From the NCBI GenBank assembly GCA_964517625.1, contig CAZFBW010000003.1:46107-110106 (forward strand): 64,000 nt of DNA, read 5' to 3'. Origin of the DNA: an uncultured Candidatus Saccharibacteria bacterium (GTDB taxonomy: Bacteria; Patescibacteriota; Minisyncoccia; Phycocordibacterales; UBA5272). The position numbers and the translations under genes are program-made. Under the pieces are notes generated by a model. It was not told where the DNA came from. It saw nothing but the letters and a program-made list of their open reading frames with translations, and did not search any database. Below, piece after piece: positions 27,510 through 38,448 of this stretch; position 1 is the stretch's first letter; every line of letters begins with the position of its first letter.

Positions 27510-29411
27510 ATGTTTAATGTTAAACGCATAGAAGAAAATCCAATCCTTTCACCAAAAGAAGATCACCCCTGGGAAGCACTGGCATCATTTAATGGAAGTC
27601 CCGTGGTTGGAGATGATGGAAGTACTTACCTTGTTTATCGTGCCATGTCTCACCCAGACTTACTTGATGAAAAACACCTAAGTATTTCTGTTGTTGGTCG
27701 AGCGGTAAGTAAAGACGGTGTGCATTTTAGTGCACGACACCCCTTTATTGTTCCTGAACACGACTTCGAGCGTTTCGGCTGTGAAGATCCACGTATTACG
27801 AAACTAGATGGAAAGTACTATACCTTCTATACAGGGATTTCGGAATACCCATTTGTTCCTGAGGGAATTAGGGTCGCGGTTGCAATCAGTAGAAACCTGC
27901 AAACGGTTGATGAAAAACACCTTGTAACAACATTTAATGCCAAGGCGATGTCACTTTTCCCAGAAAAAATTAACGGTAAGTTTGTTGCACTTTTAACACC
28001 AAACACAGATCTCCCACCCTCAGAAATTGCCATTGCATATTTTGATAAGGAGGAGGACATGTGGTCAGAAAACTACTGGAATGAATGGTACAAACACCTT
28101 AAACAACACATTATTCCTCTCCGCAGAAGAGAAGATGACCAGGTAGAACTTGGGGCTCAACCACTTAAAACAAAAGACGGCTGGTTGGTTATATATTCGC
28201 ACATTTTGCATTATACCGATCAAAACAGGAGAGTGTTTGGTATTGAAGCAGTGTTGCTTGATTTGGAAAACCCACAAAAAATTCTCGGCAGAACGGCCCG
28301 ATCTTTTTTAACTCCAGAAGCGTATTACGAAACAACAGGAATGATTCCACGCGTTGTGTTCCCGTCAGGCGCTCTCATTAAGGGAGACTATGTTGAGCTT
28401 TACTACGGAGGAGCAGACACGCATTGTGCAAAGGCCAAGATTCACTTACCGCACCTACTCTCTGTTTTGAAGGGGGAGACACATCTTTTTGATCGTGCGA
28501 AAGAAAATCCAATTCTTGCTCCTCGTGAAGGAAAGGGGTGGGAAGCGCTTGGTGTTTTTAATCCAGCAGCGATTGATATTGATGGTACGGTACATATTTA
28601 TTATCGTGCAGCAACCGCGACAAATGTTTCAACATTAGGACACGCAACTTCTCGTGACGGGATTCACATTGATTCAAGAACAGACGAACCAATTTATCAA
28701 GCACGCACCGAAGAGGAAGGAATTGGTAGGACAGAATATGCTGGTTGTGAAGATCCGCGCATTGTTCGCATCGATGATAGGCTATACATGACATATACGG
28801 GCTATAATGGTAAACAACCACGCGTCTCCTTAAGTTCTATTTCTGTTGATGACTTTAAGGAAAATAGGTACGACAAATGGTCATTACCTATTGCAATTTC
28901 TCCCATAGGCGCTGATGATAAAGACGCTTGCCTTATCCCGAAGAAATTTAAAAATGGATATTTGGTATTTCACAGAATTGCTCACCATTTGTGTGCTGAT
29001 TATGTAGAAACACTAGATTTCACAAAAGAGCGATTGAACCAGTGTATTGATGTTTTTGGTCCACGTCCGGGTATGTGGGATGGACTTAAGGTTGGTATTG
29101 CTGGACCTCCGCTTGAAACAGAAAAAGGGTGGCTTCTTTTCTATCACGGTATTTCTGAGCTTGGAGAATATCGCATGGGGGCTGTGCTTTTGGACAGTGA
29201 AGACCCAACGATTGTTATTGGCCGTACAGCGAGCCCACTTTTTGAACCAGAAGAAAAATACGAAAAAGAAGGAATTGTTCCAAATGTTGTTTTCCCGTGT
29301 GGAAACATTGTTCGTGGAGATACGGTCTATATTTACTATGGTGGTGCCGACTATGTTGTTGGTGTCGCAACCGCCTCACTTCATAGATTACTCGATATTC
29401 TCACCCACTAA
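27510..29411 (+). CDS. tandem double GH130 domain protein
   Basis: two full sets of ENPIL.P, FN, YRA, GCEDPR, VVFP.G, YYGGAD. Confidence 0.9.
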   Translation: MFNVKRIEENPILSPKEDHPWEALASFNGSPVVGDDGSTYLVYRAMSHPDLLDEKHLSISVVGRAVSKDGVHFSARHPFIVPEHDFERFGCEDPRITKLDGKYYTFYTGISEYPFVPEGIRVAVAISRNLQTVDEKHLVTTFNAKAMSLFPEKINGKFVALLTPNTDLPPSEIAIAYFDKEEDMWSENYWNEWYKHLKQHIIPLRRREDDQVELGAQPLKTKDGWLVIYSHILHYTDQNRRVFGIEAVLLDLENPQKILGRTARSFLTPEAYYETTGMIPRVVFPSGALIKGDYVELYYGGADTHCAKAKIHLPHLLSVLKGETHLFDRAKENPILAPREGKGWEALGVFNPAAIDIDGTVHIYYRAATATNVSTLGHATSRDGIHIDSRTDEPIYQARTEEEGIGRTEYAGCEDPRIVRIDDRLYMTYTGYNGKQPRVSLSSISVDDFKENRYDKWSLPIAISPIGADDKDACLIPKKFKNGYLVFHRIAHHLCADYVETLDFTKERLNQCIDVFGPRPGMWDGLKVGIAGPPLETEKGWLLFYHGISELGEYRMGAVLLDSEDPTIVIGRTASPLFEPEEKYEKEGIVPNVVFPCGNIVRGDTVYIYYGGADYVVGVATASLHRLLDILTH

Positions 29412-29432
29412 TCTCCTGTATACTGACTATCT

Positions 29433-30182
29433 ATGCCGATTATCCCGAAAAAACTCATCATGTTTGATCTTGATGGTACGCTCGCCATCAGCAAACAACC
29501 ACTCGATGAAGAAATGGCCGAGTTATTAAGAAAGTTATTAGACCGTTACAAGGTTGCAATTATTTCAGGAGGAGCACTTCCTCAATTTCAGAAACAAATC
29601 CTTGGACCACTTAATGCGACGAAAGAACAACTTAATAACTTTATTCTTATGCCGACAACATCGGCAAATATTTACATTCACGAACAAGGGGAATTGAAGC
29701 ACGTTTTTGCGGAACTTCTCACCGAAGAAGAAAAGAAAAAAATCTTTGAACACTTAAATGAAGCAATAGAATTATTCAAACTTCGCCCAGAAACACAGTA
29801 TGGTGAACTGATTGAAGACAGGGGAACACAAGTTTCGTATTCGGCGCTCGGGCAGAAGGCCCCACCTGAGGTAAAAGCGGTATGGGATCCAACAGGGGCT
29901 AGACGAGTAGAAGTTATTGCTTACCTTAAGCCGTTTCTTCCTGGTTTTTCAATACGAAGTGGTGGAGGAACAACAATTGACATTACTCACGAAGGAATAG
30001 ATAAGGCTCACGGTGTTCATCAAGCAATGAAAATTCTTAATATTACACTCTCTGATATTGTCTTTGTTGGTGATGCTCTCTATCCAGGAGGAAATGACGA
30101 GGCGGCAAAATCAACAGGGGTTGATTGTGTAGAGGTAAAAACAGTGGACGATACAAAAAACTACATTAGAAGTATTCTCTAA
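29433..30182 (+). CDS. HAD-IIB hydrolase, eukaryote-type phosphomannomutase-like
   Basis: FDLDGTL, IEDRG.Q, GG.TTIDIT..GIDK, FVGDALYPGGND. Confidence 0.85.
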   Translation: MPIIPKKLIMFDLDGTLAISKQPLDEEMAELLRKLLDRYKVAIISGGALPQFQKQILGPLNATKEQLNNFILMPTTSANIYIHEQGELKHVFAELLTEEEKKKIFEHLNEAIELFKLRPETQYGELIEDRGTQVSYSALGQKAPPEVKAVWDPTGARRVEVIAYLKPFLPGFSIRSGGGTTIDITHEGIDKAHGVHQAMKILNITLSDIVFVGDALYPGGNDEAAKSTGVDCVEVKTVDDTKNYIRSIL

Positions 30183-30188
30183 CTAATA

Positions 30189-30782
30189 TTAACGCTTGTA
30201 GTGCGGGGTAAGCGTTTTGTAGATATATCCACAAGCAAGTGCTGTTACTGGAAGAGTGACTAAGAATCCGACACCAAGCGCGAGAAGCCCTAGGAGGTTA
30301 AGTACTGCAGCTACAACACCAAACAAGAAAAGGTTCCAAAAATTACCCTCCGTAATAGCAAATATTTCTTTAAGTGATTCAGCAATTGTTTTGTGTTCGT
30401 GTTCAATGACGTAGTATGGGTAAAACATAAAACGAATAGCAAGATAAATACCCGGAAGGACGAGGAGTAGTAATCCCACAAGGGTTATGAGGTAGATAAT
30501 CACCGAAAGAACGAGTATTCGCAAGGGTTTTTTGTATGTTGCAAAATATTTTGTTAGATCATGGAATTTCGGCGTCTTGTTGTGGATAATCGTCAAAATA
30601 ACAGATGAAAAAGCAAGTGTTACAAATGTATTTACAATATAGCTAAGTATAGGGACATCATTAAAAATACCCATAATCACCAAAAGGATTACCATGGAAA
30701 GGAGCAAAAACCAGGCATGTTCCTTAGTTTTCTCCCATCCTTTAAATAAAACATCACTGATAGTAAATGTGTGTGTTGTCAT
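30189..30782 (-). CDS. integral membrane protein (DUF975-like)
   Basis: LLLVLPGIYLAIR...PY, T.GNFW.L, GVGFLVTLP. Confidence 0.7.
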   Translation of the reverse strand: MTTHTFTISDVLFKGWEKTKEHAWFLLLSMVILLVIMGIFNDVPILSYIVNTFVTLAFSSVILTIIHNKTPKFHDLTKYFATYKKPLRILVLSVIIYLITLVGLLLLVLPGIYLAIRFMFYPYYVIEHEHKTIAESLKEIFAITEGNFWNLFLFGVVAAVLNLLGLLALGVGFLVTLPVTALACGYIYKTLTPHYKR

Positions 30783-30846
30783 ATGTATATGAGTATAGCA
30801 ATGATATGCAATTTTTTGCTATACTGAAGTGGTAATCATAAGAATT

Positions 30847-31212
30847 ATGCACATCACAATCACGGGAGTACATTTGGAAGTTACAGACGCAATCAGAAAC
30901 TATACACTTGAGAAAATAGGAACACTCGAGAAGTATATTTCAAAAAATGATTCAGGGGCTCGAATAGAAGTGGAACTTTCTAAAACAACGCACCACCACA
31001 CTCATGGCGATGTGTTTCAGGCAGAAGCAAATCTACACATTCGTGGCAAGATTTCTTCTATTCGTACGAAGCAAGACGATTTGTATAAGGCGATTGATAC
31101 GCTTAAGGATATGCTCGCTCGTGAGCTTGCAACACATAAGGATAAGGAACGCTCAATTGTTAGACGGGGTGCATATAAAGTTAAGCAACTATTAAAAAGG
31201 ATAATTAATTAG
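30847..31212 (+). CDS. hpf: ribosome hibernation factor HPF/RaiA
   Basis: [28 protein letters not shown]. Confidence 0.92.
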   Translation: MHITITGVHLEVTDAIRNYTLEKIGTLEKYISKNDSGARIEVELSKTTHHHTHGDVFQAEANLHIRGKISSIRTKQDDLYKAIDTLKDMLARELATHKDKERSIVRRGAYKVKQLLKRIIN

Positions 31213-31222
31213 AAGGTTTATT

Positions 31223-31930
31223 ATGGAGAATGATGTCAAATTAACATACGGAGTTATTGCGGGACTTGTTGTTGTTCTTGCCGTGCTTGCTTTTTTCTTG
31301 CAAGGAAATTTAACCGGACTGGAAATGGGTGGAGAAACACAAGCAAGTACATCTCAAAACACAACAGTTAAGCCAAAAAACAATACAACAACACCAAAAG
31401 CGACATCAACTAACGCAACGACAACTATGACAACACCAGAACAGTATTCGAAAGCAGTTATTACTACAAACAAAGGCGTAATAGAAATCACTTTTGCAAC
31501 GGATACGCCAATGACAGTAGAGAATTTTGTGAAACTCGCATCATCTGGATTTTATGATGGTACAAGGTTCCATCGCGTTATCAATGATTTTATGATTCAA
31601 GGTGGTGACCCACTCTCTAAAGACATTACAAAGAAAAATATGTGGGGCACAGGCGGTCCTGGATATTCCTTTAAAGACGAGGTTCACCCAGAAACTGATA
31701 AGATGGTGCGTGGTGTTATGGCAATGGCAAATGCTGGGCCAAACACAAACGGTAGTCAGTTCTTTATTGTGACTGCTCAAGCGGGCGCATCATGGCTTGT
31801 TGGTAAGCATACGATTTTTGGTAACGTCACAAAAGGAATGGATGTCGCGCTTCTTATTCAGAATGTTCAAGTGGACGGCGCAAGTAGACCACTTCAGGAT
31901 ATTGTTGTTGAGAAAGTAGAAATTCAGTAA
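31223..31930 (+). CDS. ppiA: membrane-anchored cyclophilin PPIase with Thr-rich linker
   Basis: [40 protein letters not shown]. Confidence 0.93.
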   Translation: MENDVKLTYGVIAGLVVVLAVLAFFLQGNLTGLEMGGETQASTSQNTTVKPKNNTTTPKATSTNATTTMTTPEQYSKAVITTNKGVIEITFATDTPMTVENFVKLASSGFYDGTRFHRVINDFMIQGGDPLSKDITKKNMWGTGGPGYSFKDEVHPETDKMVRGVMAMANAGPNTNGSQFFIVTAQAGASWLVGKHTIFGNVTKGMDVALLIQNVQVDGASRPLQDIVVEKVEIQ

Positions 31931-31968
31931 AAGTACATGTAAAAAACCGCTCAGATCTGAGCGGTTTT

Positions 31969-32844
31969 TTACATGTATCCTCGCTTGAAAGTTTCAAAGT
32001 CCATTTTCGCCTTGCTTTCAGGGATGACTTCTAAAATAACATCTTTTGCTGTTCCGCCAACGATGTGTGCAGACAAATCAACAAGGGCGACTTTTACGCG
32101 AACTTGTTTGTCATTGTGAGTATGAAAAAAATACAATCCTGGCCAGGGAGTAAGTGCGCGGAACTTTCTCTGTATTTCGTCTGCCGAAGTCTCAAGCGTA
32201 ATTTCTCCCAAAGTTTTTTCAATTTTTTTACAAAACGTTGCTCGCGTATGATCTTGTTCTTTTGGAATAAGGGCGCCTAGAAGAAAGTGTGGCAAACTTT
32301 GCACGAGTAAGTCACCACCTAATTGCCCACAAGTTACTTCCATCGTACCTGCAGTTGCTTCTCCATCAATCATAAACGCTGACTGTGCAAGAATTGGACC
32401 ATGGTCCATTTCACTATCAAGTTTGATAATAGAAACACCTGTTGTCATGGCACCGTCTAGTAATGCGCTTTCAATTGGAGAGGCGCCACGATACAAAGGA
32501 AGAAGTGATGGGTGAACATTTAAGAATCCATGCTTTGGAAGTGAAAGAAGATTCTCGGGAATAATTTTTCCATAGGAAGCTACAATGGCTACGTCAAATG
32601 TTTCCGTAAAAAGGGGAGAGTTGTCCGGAAGATCTCGAAGCGTCTCTGGTTGATACACAGGAATATGTTTCATCTCACACCAGGTCTTTATATGAGGGGC
32701 TGTTATCTGCATGTGTCTGCCTTGAGGAGCGTCAGGTTTGGTTACGACAAGTGACGGAGTAAATCCTTCACGCACAAGGGTTGCAAGCACACTCTCTGCA
32801 AGTGGACCTGTTCCAAAGAAAACAAAATGAATAGGTGAAGACAT
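31969..32844 (-). CDS. fmt: methionyl-tRNA formyltransferase
   Basis: VFFGT, VTKPD, NVHPSLLPLYRGASPI, MDHGPI. Confidence 0.95.
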   Translation of the reverse strand: MSSPIHFVFFGTGPLAESVLATLVREGFTPSLVVTKPDAPQGRHMQITAPHIKTWCEMKHIPVYQPETLRDLPDNSPLFTETFDVAIVASYGKIIPENLLSLPKHGFLNVHPSLLPLYRGASPIESALLDGAMTTGVSIIKLDSEMDHGPILAQSAFMIDGEATAGTMEVTCGQLGGDLLVQSLPHFLLGALIPKEQDHTRATFCKKIEKTLGEITLETSADEIQRKFRALTPWPGLYFFHTHNDKQVRVKVALVDLSAHIVGGTAKDVILEVIPESKAKMDFETFKRGYM

Positions 32845-32845
32845 A

Positions 32846-33391
32846 TTATTTCTTGTTCATTTTTTTCTCCGCATCTTTCACTTCTTTTTCAGTAAATTCT
32901 TCAAGTTCAAATCCGTGATCAATAAAAAGAATCCCTTCCAGGTGGTCAATCTCGTGTTGAAAAATTTGTGCTAAAAGTCCAGATGCACCAAATGAAAACT
33001 TGACTCCTTTTTCGTCGTAGGCTTCTATCGTTGCAGAAACCGCACGTTTGGTTTTACCATAAATCCACCTGACGGAAAGACACCCTTCTTGCATTTCTTC
33101 TTGTTTTTTTGAAATTTTTGTAAGTGTCGGATTGATGAATACAAGCGGTTTCCATTTTGCTTCTTTTTTGTATGCAGATGGTGCAATGACAAATATTCGC
33201 TTTGAAATACCGATTTGTGGCGCAGCAAGTGCAACACCATCACTTTCTTGTGCAAGAGAGTCTTGCATTGTTTTTATTGTTGCAAGCAGTTCCTTGCTTC
33301 CAAACTCACTTTTCTTGACTGGGGAGGCAATTGCCCGAAGCGGATTTTCCTTGTCTTTGTCAATTTGGACTATTTCTCCTCGTTTTTTCAT
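32846..33391 (-). CDS. def: peptide deformylase
   Basis: GVALAAPQIG, EGCLS, QHEIDHLEG. Confidence 0.97.
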   Translation of the reverse strand: MKKRGEIVQIDKDKENPLRAIASPVKKSEFGSKELLATIKTMQDSLAQESDGVALAAPQIGISKRIFVIAPSAYKKEAKWKPLVFINPTLTKISKKQEEMQEGCLSVRWIYGKTKRAVSATIEAYDEKGVKFSFGASGLLAQIFQHEIDHLEGILFIDHGFELEEFTEKEVKDAEKKMNKK

Positions 33392-33432
33392 AGCACTACT
33401 GTATCATATTTTTGTAAAGCCGGGTATGGTGA

Positions 33433-35298
33433 TTATTGTATAAAAAAATGAAGCGGGTTTACTTGAGGGTGTCCATCACCTAAAACGTATTTTACTTTTT
33501 CACGAAGTTCCTTGTCGTTTGACCAGGTTGCTTCCTTAATATGGATGAAAAGAAGGGTAATACCTTTGCCCGCCTCAAACCATTCAAGCACATATGGTTC
33601 AAGCGCTTGCTCCAGTTTTGTTTTCATTTCTTCGGAAAGATTTTCAAATGAGGCTTTGATGACGGTGTAGTATGGTGGTAACAAAGCTTCTTCGCGGTCA
33701 CGAAGCATGTCTTGGTATACCGTAACATAGGAACTTGCTTGTAAATGTCTGATTACTGGCATTTTTTTCAAGCGTGTCTGTAGGATGAGTCGTCCGTCAT
33801 GGTCTTGTGTTTGTTTTACTTTTTCAGCAAGCTCTGTGACGAGCGTCATAATTTTTTCATCGGTTCTATATTCAGGTAAAGCAAAAAGAGAGTCGAGCGA
33901 TAAAATTGTTGCTCCGTCGCATTCGTACAATAAGTTGTGTGCCATTTCTGTTCCGATTAAAACCCCAAACGGTGCTTGTTGCCACTCTTTATACACTTTT
34001 TTTGCTTTGGTTTTTGTGTTGGTTCGTTCGCTATCAATGACAAAAAGTGGAATGTGTAATCGAGATAACTCTTCTTCAATACCTGTTGTCGCGATCCCAA
34101 GCGTGTGCATTCGCCATCCTCCACAGTATCTGCATGAAAGTGCGGTATCTTCGGTAACAGAGACTAGATGTTCGCATCCATGACAAACATAGGTGCGTAC
34201 ACCACCTATTTTGTGGAGCACGTATGGCCGATTGCAGTTTGGACAAGCAAAGACGGTTCCACAGTCTCCGCATACAGTTGTTGGGTACATGCCTTTGCGA
34301 TGAGCATAAAGAAAGTAGTGACCTTTTTTATGTTTTTTCATCTCATGCAAAAGCATAAGTGTCTTGCGCGAAAGGTATGGTGAGGCAGACTGATTTTCAT
34401 CATGCATAGCAACGATATCAAGCGGAGCATCGTTTCTTGAGTGAAGAGGCATGACCTCATGCGCTTCATGCTTTTTATGGAGAAGGTGTGCTTCAAGAGA
34501 GAGCATGTGTGATCCGCGAATAAGAGGAAGGTTTGTTTCTTTGGCGAGGTTTACAAGAACGGTACGCATGTCGTACCCAAGGTCCCCGTGGGTAAAATAG
34601 TATTGGCTATGTTCTCGCTCTATAATGACCAACCCTAAATCATTGCGTATCCAGGGAATAAGTGATGGTGTACTTAAGATAATAATCGGATGTTTTTCTT
34701 CCTTAATTTTGGAAAGTGAGAGAGAGGCCTGTTTATCAGAGAGTCCGCTATGAAAAGGAACAACGTAGTCTTCAATGCCAAAAGAAAGGTGGGATTGAAT
34801 GTGTTCAATATCAGAAATGGTTGGGAAGAACATGACGAGCGATTGTTTTTTTGCAAACATTTCTCGTATGGTTGATTTGTATCTGGTGATTCTATCCCTG
34901 TATGGTTGCTGGAGGAGAAGGTTTTCAAATCCACGTGTTTCTTTTGGTGTGGCAAAAACAACATCAGATGAAAATACTTTTTCTGGGACTAAATCATAGA
35001 TACTTTTTCCAAGCGGTAAGAGTTGGTATGAAGCGCTGTAGGCAAGTGCCTTCCAAAGCAGGGCGTCAATGTACGAGCGTTTAATGACGCGGTTAATTTT
35101 TTTAACACTAAACGTTGCATGGCGAAGCGACTGCTTTTCTTCTTTTGCTGGCACAGATGAGAGAACGAGAGCGCGACACACTCTTTTTTTAATGGTGATA
35201 GCAACAAGGTCGCCGGGACTAAGTTCCTCTTTTGAAAAATATGAAAGTTCTTCGTAGGGGATTCCAGAGACAAGTGGAGCCACAGAGAGAATATACAT
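33433..35298 (-). CDS. priA: primosomal protein N' with degenerate helicase motifs
   Basis: N-terminal 3'-binding-like domain, HSGLS, four CxxC pairs, GTE, LQTR, PPY; synteny with def-fmt. Confidence 0.85.
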   Translation of the reverse strand: MYILSVAPLVSGIPYEELSYFSKEELSPGDLVAITIKKRVCRALVLSSVPAKEEKQSLRHATFSVKKINRVIKRSYIDALLWKALAYSASYQLLPLGKSIYDLVPEKVFSSDVVFATPKETRGFENLLLQQPYRDRITRYKSTIREMFAKKQSLVMFFPTISDIEHIQSHLSFGIEDYVVPFHSGLSDKQASLSLSKIKEEKHPIIILSTPSLIPWIRNDLGLVIIEREHSQYYFTHGDLGYDMRTVLVNLAKETNLPLIRGSHMLSLEAHLLHKKHEAHEVMPLHSRNDAPLDIVAMHDENQSASPYLSRKTLMLLHEMKKHKKGHYFLYAHRKGMYPTTVCGDCGTVFACPNCNRPYVLHKIGGVRTYVCHGCEHLVSVTEDTALSCRYCGGWRMHTLGIATTGIEEELSRLHIPLFVIDSERTNTKTKAKKVYKEWQQAPFGVLIGTEMAHNLLYECDGATILSLDSLFALPEYRTDEKIMTLVTELAEKVKQTQDHDGRLILQTRLKKMPVIRHLQASSYVTVYQDMLRDREEALLPPYYTVIKASFENLSEEMKTKLEQALEPYVLEWFEAGKGITLLFIHIKEATWSNDKELREKVKYVLGDGHPQVNPLHFFIQ

Positions 35299-35417
35299 GG
35301 TCTTTAGTATACAGTAAAAATACCAAGAAAAATACGAGGAATTTTTTATGATAATCTTAAAAAAACCTTATAAAACAATGTTTGTTTAGTAAAAATGTGT
35401 GCTATAATGGACCAACT

Positions 35418-36431
35418 ATGGGATTTTTTTCACAAAAACTTGGTATCGATTTGGGAACCGCAAACACGCTCGTGTATGTTCCAAAGAGAGGTGTTGTGTT
35501 GGTCGAGCCCTCTGTTGTTGCAGTTTCAGAATTTGATAATCGTATTTTAGCGGTTGGAAATGAAGCAAAAGACATGATTGGAAAAACGCCAGATTCAATT
35601 GTTGCTTACCGACCAATGCGTGATGGCGTGATTGCTGATTATCGCGTAACGGAAGCAATGCTTCGCTACTACATCAACAAAGCGCTTCGTGGTTTTAATA
35701 TTTTTAAACCAGACGTAATGATTTCTGTGCCCGCAGGAGTTACATCAACCGAACGACGTGCCGTCATTGAAGCGGCGATTAAAGCAGGAGCAAGAAATGC
35801 ATATGTGGTGAAAGAACCAATTTTGGCAGCAATTGGCGCCGGTATTAAAATTCACGAACCACAAGGACGCATGATTGTAGACATTGGAGGCGGAACAACA
35901 GACGTGGCCGTGATTTCACTTGGTGGTATTGTTTGTAGTACGTCAGTAAAGTGTGCAGGAAATAAAATTGACCAAGCAATCGTTGATTATATGAAGAAGA
36001 CATACAACCTTTCCATTGGTGACCAGACAGCGGAAGATATCAAAGTAAATATTGGAAGCGCGCTTCCACTTGAAGAGGAGCTCGTTATGAAAGTTAAGGG
36101 TCGCGATTTTATTGCGGGTCTTCCACGAACAGTTGAAGTAAAGACTAATGAAATTGTGAAAGCAATTGATAAAGAACTTCGCCTCATGATTAAAGCAATT
36201 AAAGATGTGCTTCAAGAAACACCTCCTGAACTTGCATCAGATATTATCGACAACGGTATTATCATGTCTGGCGGTTCATCAATGCTTCGTCATTTTCCTG
36301 ATTTGGTTGAACGTCGTACTGGTGTGAAAGCGGTTCTTGCAGAAGATGCGTTTTATTGTGTTGCTAAAGGAACAGGAATCGCACTTGAACATTTGGATAC
36401 CTATAAGCGAAGTATTTTTACGAAGAAGTAA
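35418..36431 (+). CDS. mreB: rod shape-determining protein MreB (paralog 1)
   Basis: GIDLGTANT, EPSVVA, DIGGGTTD, start at ATG 35418. Confidence 0.96.
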   Translation: MGFFSQKLGIDLGTANTLVYVPKRGVVLVEPSVVAVSEFDNRILAVGNEAKDMIGKTPDSIVAYRPMRDGVIADYRVTEAMLRYYINKALRGFNIFKPDVMISVPAGVTSTERRAVIEAAIKAGARNAYVVKEPILAAIGAGIKIHEPQGRMIVDIGGGTTDVAVISLGGIVCSTSVKCAGNKIDQAIVDYMKKTYNLSIGDQTAEDIKVNIGSALPLEEELVMKVKGRDFIAGLPRTVEVKTNEIVKAIDKELRLMIKAIKDVLQETPPELASDIIDNGIIMSGGSSMLRHFPDLVERRTGVKAVLAEDAFYCVAKGTGIALEHLDTYKRSIFTKK

Positions 36432-36487
36432 AAAAGACCTACGATGGATTGCAGGTCTTTGTTTTTTGGCGAATAAGGTTGCTTTTC

Positions 36488-37099
36488 TTATTCTTTAGTT
36501 ATGCGTTTGAATGGATTACTTTCGAATAACATGCCATGCAGATGCGAATGTTCATGACACATTACTACTGGCATGACTGTTCCCCACACGTTAATGATTC
36601 CTATCCCAACAGAAGGTTTGGTACAACCCTCATACCAACAAATGGGGTTTCTTTTTTGAGAAAAAGAGTCATCTGGTGAAGGCCTCATTTTGTACAGATG
36701 GTGATACAAATCGGGATATACAACCTCAGCCATTTCTTCTATCGCCACGGATTGCTTATCCGCATGAAGCAACTCGCTTAATGGGAGAAATAGATACAGA
36801 TACTTTCCCATAGGTCTATCATTACACACCGAGGGGTGGTCATCGTCAATATACAAGGGAAGCCGGTATCCAGCAGTTTCCGCAATACTCTTGGCTGACT
36901 TTATTTTTATAAGCAACTTCCCAGGCTTGTCGTCTTCTACGAATCCGACGATGGTTCCAAGATATTTTCCTTGACGCTCTTTTTCTCTAACCGTATCACC
37001 GATTTGGAAATATGGTTGAGGTATGTTGGGAAAATCAAGTTGTTTTGGTGTATTGCCAAAAAGTATTGCTGTATCTTGAAAAAGTGTCTCTCTGGTCAT
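36488..37099 (-). CDS. hypothetical protein: SH3-like N-domain plus C-terminal Cys/His zinc motif
   Basis: FQIGDTV..GTIVGF; CWYEGC...MCHEH; GGAG SD. Confidence 0.55.
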   Translation of the reverse strand: MTRETLFQDTAILFGNTPKQLDFPNIPQPYFQIGDTVREKERQGKYLGTIVGFVEDDKPGKLLIKIKSAKSIAETAGYRLPLYIDDDHPSVCNDRPMGKYLYLFLPLSELLHADKQSVAIEEMAEVVYPDLYHHLYKMRPSPDDSFSQKRNPICWYEGCTKPSVGIGIINVWGTVMPVVMCHEHSHLHGMLFESNPFKRITKE

Positions 37100-37195
37100 C
37101 GCGTGTCTCCGTGTAAAATTTTAAGTACATAGTCTATAAAAACTCTACATGTTTACGACATATTAAGCAAATACGGTATACTTTTCTCATCTTGT

Positions 37196-37858
37196 ATGAG
37201 ACTACACAATCTCCCCCAACATCACGCAATTCTTTTAGTTAACATCAACAGGCAAGAAATTAGTTCTTCTTTATGGGGAGATCTTGGGAGTGCTCCATCG
37301 ATGCATAAATACGTGAATCAGGCGGTGCTCGACATCCACACTGTGCGTGAACTCATCGTGTGGGCACATACTCCATACCACGAAGAAAGAGTAGCAATTG
37401 TTTCTTTTCATACAGCAACGCTTCCTGCACAAAATGCGATGCTTAAAATTCTCGAAGAGCCTGGAGAAAAAGTTCGCTTCATTCTCATCACATCAAATAA
37501 GGAACACTTACTTGAAACTGTCATTTCTCGCACACGTCTTATCACGCCTCAAGACGTATCGCAGGTAAACGTATTTGCGAAAGAATTTCTTGAAACAAAA
37601 CCAGCACTACGTTTTAAATTAAAAGGAGTGACGGCATTGCTTGCCCAAGAAGACGAGGAGGGGAGAAAAGACAGAGAAGCTGTTCGTTCATTTATTGTAA
37701 GCCTTGTCGACGTTCTCGCAACTGATAAAAAAATCCCTAAAAAATATATTAAAGAAACACTTGAAATGGCGTCGTATGCAGGCGACCCTTCGGTAACAGT
37801 TAAATTTATCATTGAATACCTTTCTCTTTTATTGCCAAGATGTGATACTATTTCATAA
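37196..37858 (+). CDS. holB: DNA polymerase III delta' subunit-like (short)
   Basis: AQNAMLKILEEP, FILIT...LLETVISR. Confidence 0.8.
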   Translation: MRLHNLPQHHAILLVNINRQEISSSLWGDLGSAPSMHKYVNQAVLDIHTVRELIVWAHTPYHEERVAIVSFHTATLPAQNAMLKILEEPGEKVRFILITSNKEHLLETVISRTRLITPQDVSQVNVFAKEFLETKPALRFKLKGVTALLAQEDEEGRKDREAVRSFIVSLVDVLATDKKIPKKYIKETLEMASYAGDPSVTVKFIIEYLSLLLPRCDTIS

Positions 37859-37866
37859 ATACACAT

Positions 37867-38421
37867 ATGGCATATACATTTACCGCAGTTAATGAACAGA
37901 AGGCAAAAATACTTGAGTGGTTATCATCTGAATACCGCTCAATTCAAACAGGCAGAGCTACGCCTCAAGTGCTTGATTTGGTTCATATTGATTTGTATGG
38001 TTCACGTACACCGGTTGCACACACGGCATCTATAAGTGTTGAAGATCCACGCACACTTCGTGTTGCTCCTTGGGATAAGGCAATTATTCGTGACATTGAA
38101 AAAGCGGTTAATGAAGCCGATCTTGGACTTTCTGTTTCTTCTGATGGCGACGGTTTGCGCATTCACTTTCCAGCGCTTACAACAGAAACGCGACAGAAAA
38201 TGATTAAGCTTTTAAAAGATAGATTAGAAGATGCTCGTGTGAAGGTTCGCGCGCTTCGTGAAGAAACCAATAAGGATATTGACGCTCGCGCAAAGGCGGG
38301 GGAATTTGGTGAAGATGAACAACACAGATACCGTGAAGATAATCAAAAACTTGTTGACGCTACAAATGCCGAATTAGAAGCGCTTTTTGAAAAAAAGGAA
38401 AAAGAAGTACTCGGTGAGTAA
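37867..38421 (+). CDS. frr: ribosome recycling factor
   Basis: IQTGRATP, PWDK, P.LT.E.R, KKEKE. Confidence 0.96.
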   Translation: MAYTFTAVNEQKAKILEWLSSEYRSIQTGRATPQVLDLVHIDLYGSRTPVAHTASISVEDPRTLRVAPWDKAIIRDIEKAVNEADLGLSVSSDGDGLRIHFPALTTETRQKMIKLLKDRLEDARVKVRALREETNKDIDARAKAGEFGEDEQHRYREDNQKLVDATNAELEALFEKKEKEVLGE

Positions 38422-38448
38422 TTTGTTATACTTGGCCACACACCTCTC

